From: Eubacteriales bacterium
GTDB taxonomy: Bacteria > Bacillota > Clostridia > Oscillospirales > CAG-382
Assembly: GCA_045580005.1 (NCBI GenBank)
Contig: JAZNMZ010000061.1
Span: 5,508-69,507, forward strand
Reading direction: 5' to 3'
Length of the DNA stretch: 64,000 nucleotides
The notes below the pieces were generated by a model. The model did not search any database and was not told the origin of the DNA. It saw nothing but the letters and a program-made list of their open reading frames with translations. Positions 1 to 7,600 of the stretch are shown here, piece by piece. Within the stretch, counting starts at the first letter, position 1. Each line of letters begins with the position of its first letter. A program made the position numbers and the translations under genes.

Positions 1-38
1 CCATCTGTATCCGCAAGGGATATTTAGGAGAGAACACA

Positions 39-239
39 ATGCAGGTCATAAGTGTTACCTCTCCCGAATTTCAGTACGGCGCATCGGACACCGTAGGTTA
101 TTTCGGGAAGATCGAACAGATACTCCCTTACAGCCAAGCACTCAAGGAGCAGTATGTTTCGGGAGATCTGAGCGAAACTCTTCGGGATAAGAAGTACAAT
201 GCTGCACTTGAATCAATAAGAGTAAAGGTGGTGAAGTAA
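39..239 (+). CDS. small hypothetical protein upstream of Tad-type ATPase
   Basis: 66-aa ORF with a GGAG-type RBS. Its stop abuts the next start (239/241). It has no hydrophobic segment, so it is not an Flp-type pilin. Confidence 0.4.
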   Translation: MQVISVTSPEFQYGASDTVGYFGKIEQILPYSQALKEQYVSGDLSETLRDKKYNAALESIRVKVVK

Positions 240-240
240 T

Positions 241-1551
241 ATGCAGATAAAAATGGAAGATCTGCTGACCAAAACGCAGGAGATGATATCCCGCAAATAC
301 CCATCCGTACTTACGGACATAACAAAGCGCGGCGAGATGAAGAACTATATCTCGCAATATCTCTATGATACCGGCTATTCCGTCAAGGGCATAACGCCAA
401 AGGCGACCGTTGACCGTCTCTATGCAGAGATGGCCGAATACTCGATCCTTACGCCGTTTTTGAGTGATCCGAATATAGAAGAGATCAATATAAACGGATG
501 GGATGACATCGCCCTGACCTTCCTTGACGGTCGTATAGTAAAAAGCGAGGAGACATTCTTCTCTCCGAGCCATGCAACGGATATTGTCAAAAAGCTGTTA
601 CAGCACTCGAATATGACCATAGACAATGCCTCGCCCAAAGCCGAGGGACACCTGCCGAACAATACCCGTATAACGGTACTCAAAACTCCAATAGTGGATG
701 AGGACAGAGGCATCGCGGCCTCCATCCGTATGCTCCATCCGAAAAGAGTGGACAGAGAAGCGCTCCTCGCTTGCGATTCATTGACCGAGGAGATGCTCTC
801 ATTTCTTGAAATGTGCCTGCGCTACGGTGTTTCCTTCGTCACCGCGGGACGAACGAGCTCGGGCAAGACGACGGTCAATAATGTCATTCTCTCGTCCCTC
901 CCGGATAATAAGAGAATATATACCATTGAAAACGGCGCGCGAGAGATATTTCTCGTGAAGCGCGATGAGACCGGAAGAGTGGTAAACAATGTGGTACACA
1001 CTCTTTCGAGACCTTCCGAAAAGAGCGGCTCCAATATAACGCAGGAGAGCCTTGTCGTCACATCCCTCCGTTTCGACCCGGATGTGATCTGTATCGGTGA
1101 GATGCGAGACAGTGAGGCAAGCTCCGCTATAGAGGCAAGCTCGACAGACCATACTGTAATAACGACGGTACACGGCGCGGGAGGCAAGCACGCGCACCAA
1201 AGGATCGCCTTTCTTGCGCTCAAGGGCATGAAGACCGATGACATTCATATCGCGCTTCAGCAGACGGCGCTTGCCTTTCCCGTAGTTGTATTCGCCCATA
1301 AGCTCGAGAATAATGCCCGCAAGATCATGGATATAACCGAGTGCGTAGTCCATGATGACGGCGAGCTCGAGTACCGCGTGCTTTACAGATATAAGATAAG
1401 AAGCAATATTTACCGCGACGGTCAGTTTACTATCGACGGTGAGTTCGTCAAGGAAAACATTATTTCGGACAGCCTTTGCGAGAAGCTGTTGCGCGGCGGT
1501 GTGCCGACACCTCTTCTTGAAGGCTTTATGAGAAAGGAGCTTATAGCATGA
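241..1551 (+). CDS. cpaF: CpaF/TadA-family type II/IV secretion (Tad pilus) ATPase
   Basis: 436 aa with Walker A GRTSSGKTT, Walker B-like DPDVICIGEMRDSEA and His-box TTVHGAG. Typical length for the family, and followed by two T2SS-F-like membrane proteins. Confidence 0.9.
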   Translation: MQIKMEDLLTKTQEMISRKYPSVLTDITKRGEMKNYISQYLYDTGYSVKGITPKATVDRLYAEMAEYSILTPFLSDPNIEEININGWDDIALTFLDGRIVKSEETFFSPSHATDIVKKLLQHSNMTIDNASPKAEGHLPNNTRITVLKTPIVDEDRGIAASIRMLHPKRVDREALLACDSLTEEMLSFLEMCLRYGVSFVTAGRTSSGKTTVNNVILSSLPDNKRIYTIENGAREIFLVKRDETGRVVNNVVHTLSRPSEKSGSNITQESLVVTSLRFDPDVICIGEMRDSEASSAIEASSTDHTVITTVHGAGGKHAHQRIAFLALKGMKTDDIHIALQQTALAFPVVVFAHKLENNARKIMDITECVVHDDGELEYRVLYRYKIRSNIYRDGQFTIDGEFVKENIISDSLCEKLLRGGVPTPLLEGFMRKELIA

Positions 1552-2474
1552 TTTTTATTCAGTTGATCGCCTTTGCGCTATGTGTTTTGGGCATCGTATG
1601 GGCGCTCGGACTTACTCCCGAACAGATAAATAAAGATCTGTCACTATTCTTGGAAAAACGGGAATCGCTTGAGGATATGTCAAAGATGGCGCGAGGAAAG
1701 AAGAAGCAGAACAAGCTCCTTCTTGAACTTTCACGCATACGCCGAATACTTACCGAAACGGGAAAGGAAAAGAGCTTTTCGGTAGCTCTTACAGTCTCCC
1801 TTATTCTCATGGTTATCGGATGTATAGCTGCTATCCTTATGGATAATATCTTTCTTGCGCCCGTTCTCGCCATGCTCTTTGCCATGATGCCCTTTATGTA
1901 CCTTATGCGAAGCGTGAACAGCTACAATAAGCATGTGAGAGAGGACCTTGAAATGTCGCTCTCGCTTATAACTACCGCATATATTGACTGCGATAACTTG
2001 AAAACGGCTGTCACGCAGTACGCCGACGATCTCCGACCGTCAATGAAGGGAATCTTCAAGGAATTTCTCGGAGAGGTTGAAACGATCTCACCGAATACGG
2101 AGGAAGCGATCTACCATATGAAGAATAAAGTAGATAACGCCATATTTCGCGAGTGGTGCGATCAGCTCGTAGCTTGTCAGAGCGACGGCGGACTTAAAGA
2201 TACTCTCCCCGCGATAGTTTCCAAACTGCGCGATGAAAGACTTGTAAACTCCGAGCTTCGCACAATGCTTTCCGAGGTGCGCCGCGAATACTACTTCATG
2301 GTCGCATTTGTTGTAGCCAATGTCCCGATACTTTATTGCATCAATAAGGATTGGTATAATGCGCTCATGCACACCGTATTCGGTAAGCTCGTTCTCGGAG
2401 TGACCGGTATAGTCATCCTTGTCACATGGCTTCGCGTAAATAAACAGACAAGACCCATCGAATACGGAGATTAA
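1548..2474 (+). CDS. tadB: TadB-like type II secretion system F-family membrane protein
   Basis: 308 aa, polytopic, with an N-terminal TM, a cytoplasmic helical domain and C-terminal TMs. ATGA overlap with cpaF indicates translational coupling. Confidence 0.7.
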   Translation: MIFIQLIAFALCVLGIVWALGLTPEQINKDLSLFLEKRESLEDMSKMARGKKKQNKLLLELSRIRRILTETGKEKSFSVALTVSLILMVIGCIAAILMDNIFLAPVLAMLFAMMPFMYLMRSVNSYNKHVREDLEMSLSLITTAYIDCDNLKTAVTQYADDLRPSMKGIFKEFLGEVETISPNTEEAIYHMKNKVDNAIFREWCDQLVACQSDGGLKDTLPAIVSKLRDERLVNSELRTMLSEVRREYYFMVAFVVANVPILYCINKDWYNALMHTVFGKLVLGVTGIVILVTWLRVNKQTRPIEYGD

Positions 2475-2478
2475 TGAC

Positions 2479-3354
2479 ATGATAATTATTCAATTCTTAA
2501 TAGGGATCATCTTCGCCGTAGGTGCGGGATGTATCCTTATGGATATCTTTAAGATACCCACTATGAAGGTCAGCCGTGCGACCCACAACCTCGGCAGAAA
2601 AGGAGACAAGAGAGCGGGTGCGATAACCATCTTTCTTGAAGGAGTTTCAACCGAGCTTGCCGGCAGGATAAAGCTCAATGAGTGGAAGTGCAAGGAGCTC
2701 CGCGAAGACCTTCTCGCCGCGGGCATGGGAGATATAACTCCAGAGCTTTTTACCGCGAGAGCATTGTCGAAGGCATTGGCGATCGGCATATTTGCAATTC
2801 CGGCATTCTTTGTATTTAAGATACTCGGTCTGCTTATAGCCGCCTTTGCCGTATTTGTCTACTTCGGCGAGACCAAAGGTATTACAAGTAAGATCAAGAA
2901 GAAAAGGGAAGCAATAGAGGCGGAGCTTCCGAGATTTGTATCTACCGTAAACAACAAACTCACGCATACGAGAGATGTGATTGCCATCCTTGATTCATAT
3001 AGATCAACGGCGGGTGAAGCACTCAAAGAAGAACTGACCATAACCGTCGCGGATATGAAAACGGGAAGTCAGAGCGAAGCACTTACAAGACTTGAACAGC
3101 GTGTAGGCTCGGCACTCTTAAGCGAAGTCACACTAAAACTCAAGGCAGTGATCGAGGGCAATTACAGCGAAGCGAGCTGGACGCTCCTCGCGGGAACATT
3201 TTCACAGCTTCAAAAGGATGAGCTTAAGAAGCGAGCAAACAGCATTCCGCGTAAGGTACGAAGAAATTCCATGTTTTTGCTTATCTGCTTTATCATGATA
3301 TATGTAGTTGTTCTCGGTCAGGTGCTTATGGATTCTCTCGGCGCTATCTTTTGA
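2479..3354 (+). CDS. tadC: TadC-like type II secretion system F-family membrane protein
   Basis: 291 aa with the same TM / helical / TM layout as the preceding gene. Position is canonical after tadB. Confidence 0.65.
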   Translation: MIIIQFLIGIIFAVGAGCILMDIFKIPTMKVSRATHNLGRKGDKRAGAITIFLEGVSTELAGRIKLNEWKCKELREDLLAAGMGDITPELFTARALSKALAIGIFAIPAFFVFKILGLLIAAFAVFVYFGETKGITSKIKKKREAIEAELPRFVSTVNNKLTHTRDVIAILDSYRSTAGEALKEELTITVADMKTGSQSEALTRLEQRVGSALLSEVTLKLKAVIEGNYSEASWTLLAGTFSQLQKDELKKRANSIPRKVRRNSMFLLICFIMIYVVVLGQVLMDSLGAIF

Positions 3355-3364
3355 GAGGTGAGAT

Positions 3365-3775
3365 ATGCTTAAATTATTGAAGAATAAAAAAGCGGAAGGC
3401 TATATAGATATTGCGGTAACGGTACTCGTTATCGTTTTTCTTTTGGTCTTTTCCGTGGGTATCTTTTCAAAGATAGCAGTAAAGCAGGATCTTACTCATA
3501 TGTGCCATGAGCTTGTTGAAGCCGCAACGGCGAGCGGGCGCATCGGGCCGGAGGTCGAGGAGCGCTTCGAGCAGTTATGCGCCGAGGCGGGATTTGTACC
3601 TAATGTATCATTCAGTGCGGTCTATTTTGATTCATCGAGCGGAAAGGTACAGCTTGGTGATGTAATAACCTGCACATTGACCTATTCCACCGAGCTTATG
3701 GGCTTCGGAGGATTCAGCTTACCCTTTGATGTGGAAGTAACCGAATCGGGTCTGTCCCGTATCTATTGGAAGTGA
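3365..3775 (+). CDS. pseudopilin-like / DUF4320-like Tad-associated protein
   Basis: 136 aa. A short basic N-terminus (MLKLLKNKKAEG) is followed by a hydrophobic helix (YIDIAVTVLVIVFLLVF), as in TadE/F-type minor pilins. Confidence 0.5.
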   Translation: MLKLLKNKKAEGYIDIAVTVLVIVFLLVFSVGIFSKIAVKQDLTHMCHELVEAATASGRIGPEVEERFEQLCAEAGFVPNVSFSAVYFDSSSGKVQLGDVITCTLTYSTELMGFGGFSLPFDVEVTESGLSRIYWK

Positions 3776-3782
3776 GGTAAAA

Positions 3783-4262
3783 ATGAAAAGATCAAAAGAA
3801 GTCTTGGGTAACAAGAAAGGCTCGTCCTATATCCCCGTATGTATATTCACTCTTATCGTGGCAATGGTCATAGGAATACTTTTGCAGTATGCCTTTGTTT
3901 ACAATGTCATAAGAAAGCAGAGAGTAAACATTCAGCTTACCCTCGACAGCTTCATTACAAAGGAAGCCATCGAGTATTACGATGCTTTGAAGCAGGGCGA
4001 GCCATACAGAAAGTATATCGATGAGACAGAGCTTGTCAGAGGCGCATATTCAAGCATCGGATTTTCGCAGGCAAGTATTACGGAATATACGGCTACGGAC
4101 AACAGCTTTACGATGTACCGCCCGACAATAACCGCGCTTGCGGAAGACAGCGTAGGCGTGTGCGCTGTCTATACTTTGTCCGTACCTTTCGAACTATGGG
4201 GCAGAAAGGTAGCGGATATAACTGTCCCCGTAGAGATAATATCAAAATTAACGGAAAGGTAA
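3783..4262 (+). CDS. N-terminally anchored Tad-locus protein (possible minor pilin)
   Basis: 159 aa with a basic N-terminus and a single hydrophobic helix (SYIPVCIFTLIVAMVIGILL). Lies in the same operon. Confidence 0.4.
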   Translation: MKRSKEVLGNKKGSSYIPVCIFTLIVAMVIGILLQYAFVYNVIRKQRVNIQLTLDSFITKEAIEYYDALKQGEPYRKYIDETELVRGAYSSIGFSQASITEYTATDNSFTMYRPTITALAEDSVGVCAVYTLSVPFELWGRKVADITVPVEIISKLTER

Positions 4263-4270
4263 GGTTGAAT

Positions 4271-4603
4271 ATGACAAATAAGAACAATAAGATCATTTTT
4301 GGTGTGTGCATCGCTCTCGTTTCTCTGATTGCGGGAGCGGCAGTTATCGGCATTGTAAGTAATCGCGAAGAAGCTACGTCGGATGCCGAAACAACGAATG
4401 CCGAAACAAGTGATACCGTGGATATTCCGAGTATCAAACCGAACGAGAACGAGAGCGGAGCATCCGCTGACCGCCCCGGGGAGCTTACCGTCGATGTTAT
4501 AGGTGCAAACGGTAATAACGAAAGACCCAAAGAGCCGACTATCGAAGGCGAGCCTTTTATCGTGGACGGAAGAAAGGAGGCGGTGACGGATGAAGTGGAG
4601 TAA
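4271..4603 (+). CDS. membrane-anchored low-complexity protein
   Basis: ATG at 4271 follows AAGGT. MTNKNNKIIFGVCIALVSLIAGAAVIGIV is a TM segment, followed by an acidic Ser/Thr/Glu-rich tail. The 3' end overlaps the adhesin start by 14 nt. Confidence 0.45.
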   Translation: MTNKNNKIIFGVCIALVSLIAGAAVIGIVSNREEATSDAETTNAETSDTVDIPSIKPNENESGASADRPGELTVDVIGANGNNERPKEPTIEGEPFIVDGRKEAVTDEVE

Positions 4604-7600
4604 ATTTATATCGGTATTTCTTGTTATCGTTACACTTCTTCCGCTTGTAGCTACCTGCGTTTCAGCAAGCGGATATGCCTTGAAGGTAACGATCTATTAC
4701 AAAAGCGAATCGGGCGATACGCTGGCCTCTACGGTAAGCACAACGATAAACGCCGCCGATTCCAATAAACCCTCTTGGACTTCGCCGAGCATAAGCGGGT
4801 ATTACCTTAAAAACAGTAGCGATGCGGTGGTGACTTACTCGATGCTGACTATTACCTCCTTGCCGACGAACTATATCCGCGAGGGCTCGGCGACATATAC
4901 CGTTTATTATGTTAAGGAAGCATCCAAAACAGTGAATTATGTGTATAACCACAATAACGCTACCGCCGCTCCCTCAAAGACACAGACGGGTAAGATCGGC
5001 GACAGTTATTCGATCACATCGCCTACTATTACCGGCTATACACCGTCGGCGGCGGTCATCTCGGGAACATTTACTTCAACTACCTCAACAAGTGTTGTCA
5101 GGTATGCCGAGAAGTCATATACCGTCTCCTTCAATGCAAACGGAGGAAGCGGCGCTCCATCAAGCGTGAAAAAGTATTACTTTACCACTCTCGTACTGCC
5201 TACGGATACGCCGGTAAGATACGGCTATTCCTTTCTCGGTTGGTCGGGATCAAGTACGGCAACGAGCGCGGGATATTCCCCCGGTGGCTCGTTTACGTTG
5301 AACAGAGATATAACTCTGTATGCGGTCTGGTCTACAAACACCTATGCCGTGACATATAACGGAAACGGAGGAAGCGGTGCACCGTCAACGCAATATAAGC
5401 AATTCAATGTTCCGCTTACCTTGAGTACAAAAGTTCCGACGAGGAGCGGGTATGTATTCAGCGGTTGGGCAAGAAGTGCAACGGGAAGTGTTGCGTTTCA
5501 GCCGGGCGATTCCTACACATCGAATTCAAAGATGAATCTTTACGCGATCTGGACGGCGGCTCCCAAGCAATATACAGTATCGTATAACGCAAACGGCGGT
5601 TCGGGCGCGCCCTCGAGTCAGACAAAGACGGAGGGCGTGGCGCTTACGCTTTCAAGCACCAAACCCACAAGGAGTGGTTACACCTTCCTCGGCTGGGGAA
5701 CAAGCTCAAGCGCAACAGTTGCATCATATTCGGCAGGCGGTACTTACACATCCGATGCAAGTATAACGCTTTATGCTGTATGGAGTAAGATCCCCTCAAC
5801 TTATACCGTTTCATATAATGCGAACGGCGGCTCGGGCGCTCCCTCCTCGCAGACAAAGACCGAAAATGTAACGCTTACTCTTTCGTCCACTAAACCCACA
5901 AGGAGTGGTTATACCTTCCTCGGATGGGGCACAAGCAGTTCGGCAACTACCGCTGCATATTCTGCGGGCGGAAGCTATACGGCCAATGCAAGTATAACCC
6001 TTTATGCCGTATGGAGCAAGAATGTATCATACTATACGGTATCGTATAATGCAAACGGCGGATCAGGTGCGCCATCCGCACAGACCAAGACCGAAAATGT
6101 AACGCTTACTCTTTCGAGCACAAAGCCGACAAGAAGCGGCTATACCTTCCTTGGCTGGAGCTCGAGCAGTTCGGCGACCTCGCCCACATATTATGCGGGC
6201 GGCTCATATACGGCAAACGCAAGCGTGACACTTTATGCCGTTTGGAGTAAGGTACTTTCCACTTATACCGTATCGTATAATGCAAATGGAGGCTCGGGTG
6301 CTCCATCAAGTCAGACAAAGACAGAGGGCGCGGCTCTTACTCTTTCGAGTACCGTCCCAAGTAGGAGCGGCTACACCTTCCTCGGTTGGGGAACGAGCTC
6401 ATCGTCCACCTCGCCCTCTTATTCCGCCGGAGGAAGCTATACCATCGATGCGAGTATTACACTCTATGCTGTATGGAGTAAGAATACTTCGTACTATACC
6501 GTATCTTACAGTTCAAATGGAGGCAGCGGCGCACCTCTGTCGCAGACCAAGACCGAAGATGTACCGCTTACACTTTCAAGCACGAAGCCTACAAGAAGCG
6601 GCTACACCTTTCTCGGTTGGGGAACGAGCAGTTCTGCAACTTCGCCCTCATATTACCCCGGCGGAACTTATACCGCAAATGCAAGTATAACACTATACGC
6701 CGTGTGGAGCAAGGTTCTTTCGACTTATACCGTTTCTTACAATGCCAACGGCGGCTCGGGCGCACCGTCCGCGCAGACAAAGACGGAGGGTGTGGCACTT
6801 ACTCTTTCGAGTACAGTTCCTTTCCGAAGTGGATACTCATTTCTCGGTTGGGGAACAAGTTCATCATCTACCTCGCCTTCATATTCCGCGGGAGGTACTT
6901 ACACTGCCGATGCAAGTATTACGCTTTATGCTGTGTGGAGTAAAAACACTTCGTATTATACCGTTTCCTATAGCGCAAACGGAGGCAGCGGTGCACCGCT
7001 GGCACAGACCAAGACCGAAAATGTGGCGCTCACTCTCTCATCTCAAGAGCCTACAAGATCGGGCTACACTTTCCTCGGTTGGAGTTCGAACAGTTCCGCA
7101 ACCTCGCCTACCTACTACCCCGGAGGCACTTATACCGCAAATGCAAGCATAACCCTTTATGCTGTATGGAGCAAGATACTTTCGACTTATACCATATCGT
7201 ATAACGCCAACGGCGGCTCCGGCGCTCCATCAAGTCAGACAAAGACCGAAGGTGTAGCGCTTACTCTCTCGAGTACGATTCCTTTCCGAAGCGGATACTC
7301 CTTTCTCGGATGGGGAACGAGTTCCTCGTCTACTTCGCCTTCATATTCCGCGGGAGGAAGCTATACTGCCGATGCAAGCATTACCTTCTATGCCGTGTGG
7401 AGCAAGAACAATTCGTATTATACCGTTTCCTACAGCGCAAACGGAGGCAGCGGAGCACCTTTGGCACAGACCAAGACCGAGAATGTAGCGCTCACTCTTT
7501 CAAGCACCACTCCGACAAGAAGCGGTTACACCTTCCTCGGATGGGGAACGAGCAGTTCTTCAACATCGCCGTCCTACTATCCCGGAGGTATTTATACTGC

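Noticed and set aside
39-239. Candidate Flp/Tad pilin because of its position before cpaF.
   Set aside because: It has no hydrophobic helix and no G/XXXXEY-type processing motif. It is kept only as a hypothetical protein.
142-1353. Antisense ORFs within cpaF (142-573, 420-725, 799-1353 and 822-1244).
   Set aside because: The sense-strand ATPase motifs are unambiguous and the antisense products are featureless.
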